Assembly (NCBI GenBank): GCA_965216635.1
Contig: OZ244188.1
Span: 2,048,001 to 2,112,000, forward strand
Direction: 5' to 3'
Length of the DNA: 64,000 bases
Source of the DNA: a bacterium
GTDB lineage: Bacteria; SAR324; XYD2-FULL-50-16; G965216635
The translations under genes and the position numbers were made by a program. Shown in pieces: positions 1 through 9,763 of this stretch. Under the pieces are notes generated by a model, which saw only the letters and a program-made list of their open reading frames with translations, made no database searches and was not told the origin of the DNA. The stretch's first letter is position 1, and each line of letters opens with the position of its first letter.

Positions 1-33
1 CACATTTTTATCTACCGATAAAAAAATGTCCCC
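1..33. repeat. GGGGACA hairpin repeat, truncated by window start
   Basis: Bases 1..~65 match the sequence starting at 61014; same hairpin as 1295..1332. Confidence 0.85.
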
Positions 34-108
34 TGCAATATTTTTGTTTTTTTATTTAGTTTTTTCTGGTATCTTTTATCTAGTTTCACTTTTTAACTAC
101 AAAAAATT

Positions 109-1254
109 ATGAAATCTATAAATATTAAATTGAACTTGTTTGTATTGCCTCTAATATTGAAGTCGGTTGTTTTTCCCCTTATAATATTTACAGCTACTCT
201 TTTGTTTTTCTGTGCAGGGGTAGGAAACCTACTGGCACAGGAAAGACAGCAGGGGTGGTTTGTGGGTGCTAGTCCCTATTCTTTTATAGGTGCTAAAATA
301 AAAAAATCAACATCAACGGCAGTAGTAGTAACTGGCGCTGCAACCTTTGACTACCAAGCTACGATTAATAATGATCCAAATGTTTCTAAATTTGATAATG
401 GTAGTTTGGGGAATACCAACGCTGCCATAACCGATGAAGAGGCGAAGCAGTCTTTAATCAGAGGAGCCATAGAGCTTTGTAAGCAAGGAACTGCTACTGG
501 AGATAGATTCCTAGACGTTAACATTCCGCTTGACGCAAACGACTCAGCATCAAATCCTGACTACCCTACTACAGATACTGTAGATTATTATATTGGATAT
601 CGTGGAGGTTTGAGAACAAATGTAGACAGAACTACGGAAATCTGTCATCTTCCAGCATCCGATGCTCTTCCTTCTATTATTGCTGCAGCAGCCACAGAAT
701 CGTCGGAATCCTTGCAGGGAGGTTTGGCGCTCCAGTTTGGCTATAATCTTGAAAAATATAGAGTTTCTTTGACAAACTTTAGCAGTAAGGGAGGTGGCGC
801 AACGTTGACAAACAATCTAGTGCTGGCGGATTGGTTTTTAGCTCAAGGATTTTATGCAGGGGTTGGTATCACTAACGCAAAACTAGAAACAGAGATAGGC
901 TCCCAAACCAAGACAGCTGCTGCTTTTAACCTTGGATATTCTCGTAAGATAGGAAATTTACAACTAGAAGCGGGCTACCTTGTTTTGAATAGCAGTTTTG
1001 CTTTACAAAAAGAAACAGAGCGACAAACAGTAGCCCGAGGCACTTCTGAGACACAAACACTAGGTGAAACTGAAAAATCAAGGAATAGAATTGCAGGATT
1101 TCGATTCAGTGCTGTAAGTGGTTCCCAATACGACTCAATTGTAGAAGTTACGAGGACTACAACAGCCTCCACTGCTACTGCTACTGAGACTACGAAGATA
1201 GAACTCCAACCACAAAAAATCATCTATTTCCGCCTAATTTGGAAATTTCATTAA
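109..1254 (+). CDS. Putative outer-membrane beta-barrel protein with large variable inserts (family paralog 1)
   Basis: Long signal peptide ending NLLA-QERQQGWFVG, amphipathic strands, aromatic C-terminus (IYFRLIWKFH); shares motifs with 59529 and 61227. Confidence 0.7.
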   Translation: MKSINIKLNLFVLPLILKSVVFPLIIFTATLLFFCAGVGNLLAQERQQGWFVGASPYSFIGAKIKKSTSTAVVVTGAATFDYQATINNDPNVSKFDNGSLGNTNAAITDEEAKQSLIRGAIELCKQGTATGDRFLDVNIPLDANDSASNPDYPTTDTVDYYIGYRGGLRTNVDRTTEICHLPASDALPSIIAAAATESSESLQGGLALQFGYNLEKYRVSLTNFSSKGGGATLTNNLVLADWFLAQGFYAGVGITNAKLETEIGSQTKTAAAFNLGYSRKIGNLQLEAGYLVLNSSFALQKETERQTVARGTSETQTLGETEKSRNRIAGFRFSAVSGSQYDSIVEVTRTTTASTATATETTKIELQPQKIIYFRLIWKFH

Positions 1255-1294
1255 GCAAAACACACAAAAACAAAACAAAAAAAAACAGCAGAAC

Positions 1295-1332
1295 GGGGAC
1301 ACATTTTTATCTACCGATAAAAAAATGTCCCC
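1295..1332. repeat. GGGGACA hairpin repeat (REP-like)
   Basis: GGGGACACATTTTTATC-TACC-GATAAAAAAATGTCCCC; identical copy at 61009..61046. Confidence 0.85.
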
Positions 1333-1404
1333 TGCAATATTTTTGTTTTTTTAAAAACCTGTCCCCGCCAAAAACAGCCTCCCTGTCCCACAAATAGATC
1401 TTCT

Positions 1405-2133
1405 TTAAGAACAGGGACGTATTTTTTTATTCAAAGGATTTGGCTTAGAAAAAGCAGCGTATTCTTTCTCGTATTCTGCTAAAATTTTATTTCGCATCTT
1501 ATTTCTTTTTTCTTCAGGAAGCTTGTCTAAAACTAAAGGTAAAATTTCACTGGCGTGGCTTAAAGTATAGTACTTTATACCCTTTTCTTTAAAAATCGTT
1601 TTTATACAAGTCCCATTGGGATTCAGCTGTTGACGATCCAAAAGCCCCACTACTGCGATTATACAAACTTCCATTTTTTGCAGCTGCTCTAGGAAATTTA
1701 GACAGGAGCCGCCAGTTGTAAATACATCTTCTAGCAACAATACCTTTTTAGGTTTATTTCCGTTGACCCAATAGCGATTGTTGACATCTCCGTGATTTTT
1801 TGGCTTGAGGCGAAACTGAAAAATTTTATCTTTGAGTGTTTTTCTACGAACAAACTCTTTTTGTAATTCATAACCTAAAATGCTGCTTCCTTCTGGAACA
1901 CCTATTATAGCATCTAGGTTAGCTGATTTTTTTTCTGTCAAAACATTGTGTTCTATAAAATTAGCTATTATGGTTTTCAGGTTTGCTAGGCATTTATAGT
2001 TCTGAATAGCTTTGCGAAAGTTAGCATACCAAAAAGATTTTTTGCCAGACTTTAATTGTAGTGGAGGTTCGCAAATACCTACTATTTCTTGTTGAATTAA
2101 GAAACGGTGGAATGTGGTTTTAGAAAATTTCAT
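1405..2133 (-). CDS. pyrE: Orotate phosphoribosyltransferase-like protein
   Basis: LKSGKKS, K-x-K-x-HG flexible loop and PRPP-binding LLLEDVFTTGGS motif. Confidence 0.75.
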   Translation of the reverse strand: MKFSKTTFHRFLIQQEIVGICEPPLQLKSGKKSFWYANFRKAIQNYKCLANLKTIIANFIEHNVLTEKKSANLDAIIGVPEGSSILGYELQKEFVRRKTLKDKIFQFRLKPKNHGDVNNRYWVNGNKPKKVLLLEDVFTTGGSCLNFLEQLQKMEVCIIAVVGLLDRQQLNPNGTCIKTIFKEKGIKYYTLSHASEILPLVLDKLPEEKRNKMRNKILAEYEKEYAAFSKPNPLNKKIRPCS

Positions 2134-2443
2134 TTTTTCTCTTTTATTGCTTGTCTTGCTAATTTATCGCACAACTCATTACTTTAATTGTAGTGGAGGT
2201 TCGCAAATACCTACTATTTCTTGTTGAATTAAGAAACGGTGGAATGTGGTTTTAGAAAATTTCATTTTTTCTCTTTTATTGCCTGTCTTGCTAATTTATC
2301 GCACAACTCATTACTTTAATTGTAGTGGAGGTTCGCAAATACCTACTATTTCTTGTTGAATTAAGAAACGGTGGAATGTGGTTTTAGAAAATTTCATTTT
2401 TTCTCTTTGATTGCCTGTCTTGCTAATTTATCGCACAACTCAT
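2050..2443. repeat. Three tandem 132-bp copies of the rnhA-end/pyrE-start junction
   Basis: CTTTAATTGTAGTGG at 2050, 2182 and 2314; copies differ by single bases. Confidence 0.95.
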
Positions 2444-2852
2444 TTTCTTGGCTTTCTGCGTGTCCTTTAATCCAAATCCATTGTACTTTTCTTAAATTGT
2501 TTTGTTGGTCTAGTTCTTTCCATAGTTTTTGGTTGGCTACTGGTTTATTGTTTGCTGTTTTCCAGCCTTTTTTTTTCCAATTTTTCAGCCACTGCCCGAT
2601 ACCTTTTTGAAGATATTGGCTATCTGTATAGAGTTTTACAAGAGACGATAAAGGTAGGTTTTCTAGCGCTTTGATGGCGGCTGTCATCTCCATAATATTG
2701 TTTGTGGTATGAGAAGAATAGCCGGAGCGATTTATTTCTTGGGGGCTACCGTCTTCTTTTTTGTGGTGGATTACAAAAGCCCAGCCTCCTTCTCCCGGGT
2801 TTTTAGAACAGGCTCCATCCGTCCAAACCTGATAAAGACTAGAATTTGACAT
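2394..2852 (-). CDS. rnhA: Ribonuclease HI
   Basis: TDGACSKNPG, TTNNIME, YTDSQY, WIKGH and NELCDKLA motifs. Confidence 0.95.
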   Translation of the reverse strand: MSNSSLYQVWTDGACSKNPGEGGWAFVIHHKKEDGSPQEINRSGYSSHTTNNIMEMTAAIKALENLPLSSLVKLYTDSQYLQKGIGQWLKNWKKKGWKTANNKPVANQKLWKELDQQNNLRKVQWIWIKGHAESQENELCDKLARQAIKEKK

Positions 2853-3157
2853 GTGTTTGTTTTAGCGGAGTGGGAAAATTGCACCCTCTACAAGGGCGCT
2901 CTCGGAAGAACCGCAGTCTATTAAATTATCTATCTCTCGCGTGGGTTGAAATTTCTCTACTAGACTCCGCAGTAACCCTATTTCGCTCCAAACAAACATC
3001 CAATTGAAATTGAGATTATCCATAATTCTTTTTAATAAATTAAGCAGAATTGGGATAAACCCCAATAACAAGACATCGGTAACTATTTTCACTTTTGTTC
3101 TTTAACCTAAAATTTTCTTTGTGAAATTTTTGATAGTTTAAAGAAATCTTTTTTTCA

Positions 3158-3937
3158 TCAATTATCTATTACGTCGTAGATATCTACACCAAACCACTCC
3201 TTACTGATTCTTTGATAAATCCCTTTTTCACGGAGTGCCTTAATTGCTTCGTTGAATTTTTCTGCCAAGTCTTTATCTTGTTGACGCACAACTACTCCAA
3301 TACCTTCTCCAAACCACTTAGGATCTTTATAGACCTTGCCTACAAATTCGTAGTCTTCTCCTTCTTCTTTGTTTAAAAAACTATCAAGCAACTGTAATCC
3401 ATCAGACATCACTGCATCTAGGCGGTCGCTTTTTAAATCTAGTAAGGCTTCGTCTATTGTGCTGTAAAGTTTGATATTAGAGTTTGGAAAATTTGCGTCC
3501 AAAAATTCGTGAAAGATAGTTGAACGCTGCACGCCTAATCTTTTCTCATCAGGTTCAAAATCAGCACTATATCTGCCTTTTTTAGCTACAAACCTAGTAG
3601 GAGTGTCAAAGTATTTTTCAGAAAAATAAAATCTTTTTTTTCGTTCTTCTGTAATAGATACCGAAGCTATAACTGCGTCGTATTTTCTGGCTAAAAGAGC
3701 GGGAAATATTCCATCCCAGTCTTGAGAAACTAGCGTACATTCTGCCTTCAACTCTTCGCATAAAACTTCTATTAAATCTATTTCAAAACCTTTTAATTCT
3801 CCATCTTCAGCAACATAATTGAAAGGAGGATAAGCTCCTTCGGTTACTATCCTGATTTTTGACCAGTCTTTTGCTAATGCGGTAGAACCAATCAAAAGCA
3901 AGCTCAATAGGACTGTTGTTATTATTTTCATTCTCAT
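3158..3937 (-). CDS. Basic amino-acid ABC transporter periplasmic binding protein (family 3)
   Basis: Signal peptide, TEGAYPPFN, QDWDGI, GEGIG motifs; paralog of 4109..4879. Confidence 0.9.
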   Translation of the reverse strand: MRMKIITTVLLSLLLIGSTALAKDWSKIRIVTEGAYPPFNYVAEDGELKGFEIDLIEVLCEELKAECTLVSQDWDGIFPALLARKYDAVIASVSITEERKKRFYFSEKYFDTPTRFVAKKGRYSADFEPDEKRLGVQRSTIFHEFLDANFPNSNIKLYSTIDEALLDLKSDRLDAVMSDGLQLLDSFLNKEEGEDYEFVGKVYKDPKWFGEGIGVVVRQQDKDLAEKFNEAIKALREKGIYQRISKEWFGVDIYDVIDN

Positions 3938-4065
3938 TTTTTAAGTTAAGTTATTATTGATTAGAAAAAAATCTGAGATTTTTGCTTATTATCTGATATT
4001 TTTGATTATTATAGCATAAACCTTTGAATTTGCCAAATTCAAAAGTCTATAGTATAAGAACTCTG

Positions 4066-4100
4066 TAAAAAAAAACAATAGCACCGAAAGGTGCTCTTGT
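4066..4100 (-). terminator. Intrinsic terminator after 4109..4879
   Basis: AGCACC-GAAA-GGTGCT hairpin (4080..4095) followed by a T-run on the minus strand. Confidence 0.7.
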
Positions 4101-4108
4101 CAGCTAGA

Positions 4109-4879
4109 TTATTTACCATAAACATCATATCCAAAATAACTATTGCTAATTTTTTGGTAGATTCCTTTTTTACGGATAGCTTTAATTGCTTTATTGAGCG
4201 CTTTGGTTAAGTCTTTGTCTTGCTTGCGAACAGCAATTCCAATTCCTTCTCCGAACCACTTTTTGTTATAATAGGCTTTGCCAACTATTTCATAGTCTTG
4301 ACCTTTGTCGGTTTTTAAGAAGCCGTCTTGCAACTGTAAACCATCAGACATCACAGCGTCTAACCTGCCGCTTTGTAAATCTAGCAGTGCTTGTTCTATG
4401 GTATCATAAAGTTTGATTTTTGCTTTAGGAAAATTATCTTCCAAAAAATTCTGAAAGATTGTAGAACGTTGAGTTCCTAATTTCTTTTTAGCAGGTTTAA
4501 ACTTTTTACTATACTTGCCTTTTTTAGCAACAAACCTAGCTGGAGTAGCGTAATACTTGCCTGTGAAATCCACCTTTTTTAGCCTTTCTTCAGTAATAGA
4601 CATAGAGGCCACAATGGCGTCGTATTTCTTAGCTAAAAGAGCGGGTATTATGCCATCCCAGTCCTGAGTTACAATTGTGCATTTTGCACCTAATTCTTTA
4701 CAAAGGGCTTTGGCTATATCTATATCAAAGCCTTTCACTTCTCCCGAATTATCAGTATAGTTAAAAGGAGGATAAGCCCCTTCTGTTCCTATTCTGATTT
4801 TTGACCAGTCCTTTGCAAATGCGTTAGAACCAATCAAAAGCAAGCCTAATAAGACTGCTATAATTGTTTTTTTTTTCAT
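4109..4879 (-). CDS. Lysine/arginine/ornithine/histidine-type ABC periplasmic binding protein
   Basis: TEGAYPPFN, ASMSITEER, GEGIGIAVRK motifs. Confidence 0.92.
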   Translation of the reverse strand: MKKKTIIAVLLGLLLIGSNAFAKDWSKIRIGTEGAYPPFNYTDNSGEVKGFDIDIAKALCKELGAKCTIVTQDWDGIIPALLAKKYDAIVASMSITEERLKKVDFTGKYYATPARFVAKKGKYSKKFKPAKKKLGTQRSTIFQNFLEDNFPKAKIKLYDTIEQALLDLQSGRLDAVMSDGLQLQDGFLKTDKGQDYEIVGKAYYNKKWFGEGIGIAVRKQDKDLTKALNKAIKAIRKKGIYQKISNSYFGYDVYGK

Positions 4880-4897
4880 TTTTTTATTTGGATTATT

Positions 4898-5038
4898 AAG
4901 ACCGTTGCATTGGAGTTATGTGACGGCTAGGCAAGGAAAAAATTTATGAAAAAGCGGAGCATACACGATAGTATGTGAGCATTTTTTATAAATTTTTAAC
5001 GTCGCATAGGCTAAATAGAACTTCAATGCAATGGTCTT
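4898..5038. mobile_element. Palindromic MITE copy (ERIC/RPE-like)
   Basis: Terminal IRs AAGACCGTTGCATTG/CAATGCAATGGTCTT; central GGAGCATACAC-GATA-GTATGTGAGC stem. Confidence 0.75.
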
Positions 5039-5146
5039 GGATTATGAAATTTTTTGAATTAGCTGCTTGTTAAGGTACCATACTAATCTAAAAACTTCTA
5101 TTAAAAAACTCTTACCTAGAATATAAAAAACGCTAATGTAAGAGCT

Positions 5147-5902
5147 CTATTGATTAGAAAAAAACTTTTTTATTATTGGATCCTTAGAAAAAAATATTTC
5201 TTTAGGTTTTCCTTGTTTTTTTATAAATCCATCGTGGAAAAAAGAAATTTCATCAGAAATATCTTTAGCAAAATTCATCTCGTGTGTCACTAGAATCATA
5301 GTACCTCCCTGTTTAGCTAAATTTTGAATTACGAGCAGTACTTCCTGTACTAGCTCTGGGTCTAGCGCCGAAGTAGGTTCATCAAAAAGCATAACCGAAG
5401 GCTCTATGGCTAAAGCCCTAGCAATAGCTGCTCTTTGTTGTTGCCCACCAGATAGCTGTATTGGGTAATTTTCTAGCTTGTCGCCGATTCCCACTTGGTT
5501 TAGGTAGTGGATTGCTTTTTCGTATGCTTCTTGTTTTTTCATTTTTTTCACTACAATTAAAGCTACCGCAACATTCTCTAAAATAGTCATATGGCTCCAA
5601 AGGTTAAATTGTTGAAAAACCATCCCTAACTTTGTTCTAAATTGACGAATTTTTTTCTTTGTCTGCCGAGAAATTTTTTTGCCTTTTTCAAATTGAATAC
5701 AATCTCCTTTTAAACTCACAGAACCAGAATCTGGTTGTTCTAAAAAATTTAAACAGCGCAAAAAAGTGCTTTTTCCAGAACCGCTAGATCCTATAATGGA
5801 ATAAACTCCTCCTTTTTTAGCCTTTAAGCTGACCCCTTTAAGAGGTTGGATTTTTCCAAATGCTTTTTTGATGTTTTCTGCAAATAGAATTGTTTCTTTC
5901 AT
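5147..5902 (-). CDS. Polar amino-acid ABC transporter ATP-binding protein (HisP-like)
   Basis: GSSGSGKST, LSGGQQQR and FDEPTSALDPE motifs. Confidence 0.93.
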   Translation of the reverse strand: MKETILFAENIKKAFGKIQPLKGVSLKAKKGGVYSIIGSSGSGKSTFLRCLNFLEQPDSGSVSLKGDCIQFEKGKKISRQTKKKIRQFRTKLGMVFQQFNLWSHMTILENVAVALIVVKKMKKQEAYEKAIHYLNQVGIGDKLENYPIQLSGGQQQRAAIARALAIEPSVMLFDEPTSALDPELVQEVLLVIQNLAKQGGTMILVTHEMNFAKDISDEISFFHDGFIKKQGKPKEIFFSKDPIIKKFFSNQ

Positions 5903-5921
5903 AATTTATAAACGTTCGTGT

Positions 5922-8620
5922 TTAAGCTGATTGCTGCAATCTCAAACAACAATTTTTATATTTCTTACCACTACCACAAATACAAGAGCTATTTCTACCT
6001 ATTTTAGGAGATTTTGTTACAGGTTGTGGTTTTTTTTCTTCTCCTTCGGCAGAAGTTGCCCCAGCAGAAGATAAGTTCTGAGAGGGCGTTGCTGGATTGT
6101 CGTGAATCAGCTTTATTTTTTGCCTCTCTTCTTGTCTTATCTCTAAAGGCATCTGATTTTCTATTTTAATGTTAAAAAAATCAAAAATACATTTTTGGTT
6201 AATGTTTTCTATCATAGTAGAAAAAAGTTGAAAGGCTTCTCTTTTATATTCGTCTAAGGGATTTTTTTGTCCAAACCCACGTAATCCTATACCTTCTTTG
6301 AGATAATCCATACTCAACAAGTGCTCTTTCCAAATATGATCTGTATTCATAAGCAGAATATGTTTTTTTACTAAATGAAAAGCTTCTTCTCCAAAAATTT
6401 CTTTTCTTTGTTTGTAAGTATTTTCAAAAACTTTGCTTATAGTGTTTTTTATTTCGTTTTGTGAGTTAGATTTTTTTAAACTCTCCAACTCTAATTCTTC
6501 TCCAAAGTATTTTTTAAAATTATTTGTTAATTCTTCTAAATTCCAATGCGTTATATTTTTAGCGGGACAAAAATCCTCACTTAAATTACTAATAAAATCT
6601 TCAGCCATAGCTTCTAAAACACCTTCTTTTTGGTTGAGAATTTCATATCTTTTTTGATAAATAATTTCTCTTTGACGATTCATAACATCGTCGTATTCTA
6701 TTAAATGCTTGCGAATATTAAAGTTTTGACCCTCTACTTTTTTTTGTGCATTTAGAATAGATTTAGAAATCAGCCCGTGCTCTATAACTTCGTCTTCTGC
6801 AAGTTTCATTGTATCCATCAATTTAGCAATTCTCTCTCCGCCAAAAATTCTTAACAGATTATCTTCTAAAGAAAGAAAAAAACGACTTGCTCCCGCATCT
6901 CCTTGTCTTCCCGATCTTCCTCTTAGTTGATTATCAATCCTACGAGCATCGTGCCTCGCCGTCCCTAATACAAAAAGTCCTCCTAGTTCTTGAACACCAG
7001 CACCCAGTTTAATATCTGTACCTCTTCCAGCCATATTTGTAGAAATTGTAATAGATTTTTTCTCTCCTGCAGCGGCTATAATTTCAGCCTCTCTTTCGTG
7101 ATTTTTAGCGTTGAGCACTTCGTGCGGTAAACCTGTTTTTCTAAGAATTCTAGCTAAATGCTCAGAGGTGGCGATAGAATCTGTTCCTATTAAAACGGGT
7201 TGCCCTTTTTGATTTAATTCTTTTAAGGCAGTTACAATGGCTTTGTATTTGGCGGCTTGAGTTTTATAGATAGCATCGTTTTTATCCGCTCGCACCATAG
7301 GTTGGTTGGTAGGAATTTCTACAACTCCTAAATTATAAATTTTGATAAATTCATTTTCTTCGGTCAAAGCAGTTCCTGTCATTCCAGAAAGTTTTTTGTA
7401 TTTTCTAAAATAATTTTGAAAAGTGATGGAAGCTAAAGTTTGATTTTCTCTTTCAATCTTTACCCCTTCTTTGCATTCTATTGCTTGGTGCAAGCCTTCA
7501 CTAAATCTTCTCCCTTCCATAACTCTACCAGTAAATTCATCTACAATTTTAACTTGCCCTTCACTGACAACATAATCTACATCTTTTTTTAAAAAATAGC
7601 GGGCTCGCAAAGACTGGTTAAGAAGGTGTAAAAAATCTATATTTTCAAAATCAAAGAGACTTGGAGCTTTTAACTGATTAGCCATTTTTTGTTCTATTTT
7701 TTCAATTCCTTCCTCAGTAAATTGAATATTTTTTGTTTTTTCATTCAAGCTAAAATCTCCGTTGGTTACTACTTGTGTGTGTTTGATTTCAGGGTATATT
7801 TTTTCTAGTTCTTTTTGTGATATTTTTTTAAACTCTAAAATTTTTTCTATTTCAGGATTTTCTTCTTTGGTATAAGCTCTATTTAAACCCAAAACAGCCT
7901 TGTCGCTAATTTTGTATTTTTCACTTTGATCATCGGCAGGACCGGAAATAATTAGAGGCGTTCTTGCTTCGTCAATCAAAATGCTATCAATTTCATCTAC
8001 AATGCCGTAATTTAATTCTTTTTGCACTAGGCTTTCTAAATCGTATTTCATATTGTCTCGCAAATAATCAAAGCCGAACTCGTTGTTGGTGCCGTAAGTA
8101 ATATCAGCTTGATAGGCTTGTTTTTTTTTGTTTCGTCCATTTGGTTGTAAATCAAACCAACGCTCAAGCCTAAATATTCAAAAATTTGCCCCATCCATTC
8201 GCTATCTCTTTGAGCTAGATACTCGTTGACTGTTACTATATGCACCCCTTTGCCTTCTAAAGCATTGAGATAAGCCGCCAGTGTAGAAGTTAGTGTTTTT
8301 CCTTCCCCTGTTTTCATTTCTGCAATAGCGCCATCGTGCAGCGCCATTCCACCTAATAGCTGCACATCAAAATGCCTTTCTCCTATAGTATTCATCGCCG
8401 CTTTTCGCACTAAAGCAAAAGCTTCGGGGAGCAGGCTATCCATAGTTTGTTTTTTTGTTTGGAGTAATTCTTTGAATTCTAAAGTCTTCTGTTTGCAATT
8501 TTCTTCACTAAAAGAAGCAAATTTTTCTTCTAGTTGGTTGATTTTGGGAACAAGATTGCGGTAATTTTTCAGTTTTTTCTTAGAATGGCTGCCTATGATT
8601 TTTCCTAGTATTTCAAGCAC
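5922..8620 (-). CDS. secA: Preprotein translocase SecA, split by a 1-nt frameshift in a T9 run at 8121..8129
   Basis: [10 protein letters not shown] in the upstream [34 protein letters not shown] and SEC-C motif downstream; [20 protein letters not shown] bridges the frames. Confidence 0.93.
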
Positions 8621-8632
8621 TTTTATAAGCTT

Positions 8633-8918
8633 AAGAGATTTTTGAATTAGCGTTCTAGTTCGGCAACAGGCTTGTTGCTTAAAACTTCAGACAGGCTATT
8701 TGTGAAACAGCCGCTGGCTGTTTCACATTTCACTCTTGCTGAAACGTTTAAGTTTTGTAGTGCCCTGATCCTACTATTGAGGCACTACGCTGTTTTAAAA
8801 AAAATTAACTTTTGAAATACTCCAGTATTCCTGCGAGCTAAAAATTTTTTCGCACTTTTCTAACCACTTTTCTAACTATTTGGCTAGCCGTCGCATAACA
8901 CTAATTCAAAGGTCTCTT
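8633..8918. mobile_element. Long palindromic MITE copy
   Basis: IRs AAGAGATTTTTGAATTAG/CTAATTCAAAGGTCTCTT; internal modules shared with 12128 and 37290 copies. Confidence 0.75.
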
Positions 8919-8924
8919 TAAATT

Positions 8925-9758
8925 TTAGAACGGGTTTTGAGGAACAAATAAAAAATCTTTTTGATAAAAAACCGAAGGAAATTCTTCGTTACCACCTAAA
9001 GCAATAATTTCTCCTTTGGACACTCTTTGTAATTTTTTCACTTTAATTTCAAAAAGATTGCCGTAGGTCGTAAAAGTATAGTCGGAGTGATAAATGACTA
9101 CAGCTTTAGAAAGTATATCATCGGCTCCTGTATAGACTACGATGCCATCCAAAGTAGCTTTTACTGGAGTTTTTGAATCTGTGTATAGCAAAATTCCAGA
9201 ACGTGGGCTATCTAGAGAATTTTGTCCAAAAGAAGAAATTAAAAAGCCATTCGCGGGAACAATATCCGATTTTGTATTATCTGGGGGGCTGTTGAGTAAA
9301 AAATCAAACAAAGTATTAAAATCAGCATTGGTAAAAGAAAAATTCCAAGTGCTTTCCTCAGAGGGAATAGAAGAAAAAATACTTTTTTTGCTTCTTTTTA
9401 AGTTTTTAATTACAGAGAGAGATTCTGTTATGCTGGATTTTTTGAAACTTGATAAAATAGATTCGCTTTTTAAAAGATCATAATCGTATCTTAATTCTAC
9501 TATTTTGTCTTCCAATTCGGCTATGTTTTTTTCATATTGATCGAGAAAAAGCTTCTTTTCTTCGTATTTTTTTTTTATTTCTCTGTAGTTATACAAATGT
9601 TTTTGAGAAAAATAATTTACAAAAACCCATGTTGTATGAAGTAAAAAAATGACAAAAAGGAATGCAAATAATATACTAACGAATTGAGAAAGTCTGATTT
9701 TCTTTACTTTTTTAGAATTACTTGGTATTATTTGAACTGTAATATATTTTTTAAACAT
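8925..9758 (-). CDS. M23/LytM-domain protein with TM and coiled coil, probably catalytically degenerate
   Basis: PVKATLDGIV..VVIYH..TYGNL..VSKGEIIA LytM pattern; Zn ligands HxxxD and HxH absent. Confidence 0.7.
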   Translation of the reverse strand: MFKKYITVQIIPSNSKKVKKIRLSQFVSILFAFLFVIFLLHTTWVFVNYFSQKHLYNYREIKKKYEEKKLFLDQYEKNIAELEDKIVELRYDYDLLKSESILSSFKKSSITESLSVIKNLKRSKKSIFSSIPSEESTWNFSFTNADFNTLFDFLLNSPPDNTKSDIVPANGFLISSFGQNSLDSPRSGILLYTDSKTPVKATLDGIVVYTGADDILSKAVVIYHSDYTFTTYGNLFEIKVKKLQRVSKGEIIALGGNEEFPSVFYQKDFLFVPQNPF

Positions 9759-9763
9759 AATTT

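Noticed and set aside
2371..2610. Short antisense or overlapping ORFs inside rnhA, secA, valS, tpsA, ffh, rpoN and the OMP genes
   Set aside because: Shadow frames of well-supported genes with no recognisable motifs.
2862..3092. 76-aa ORF as a real CDS
   Set aside because: GTG start and no recognisable motif; the region is better explained as a structured element, so it is not called.
8701..8727. TGTGAAACAG..CTGTTTCACA as a parS site
   Set aside because: Half-sites are in the wrong order and spacing; it is an internal MITE hairpin.
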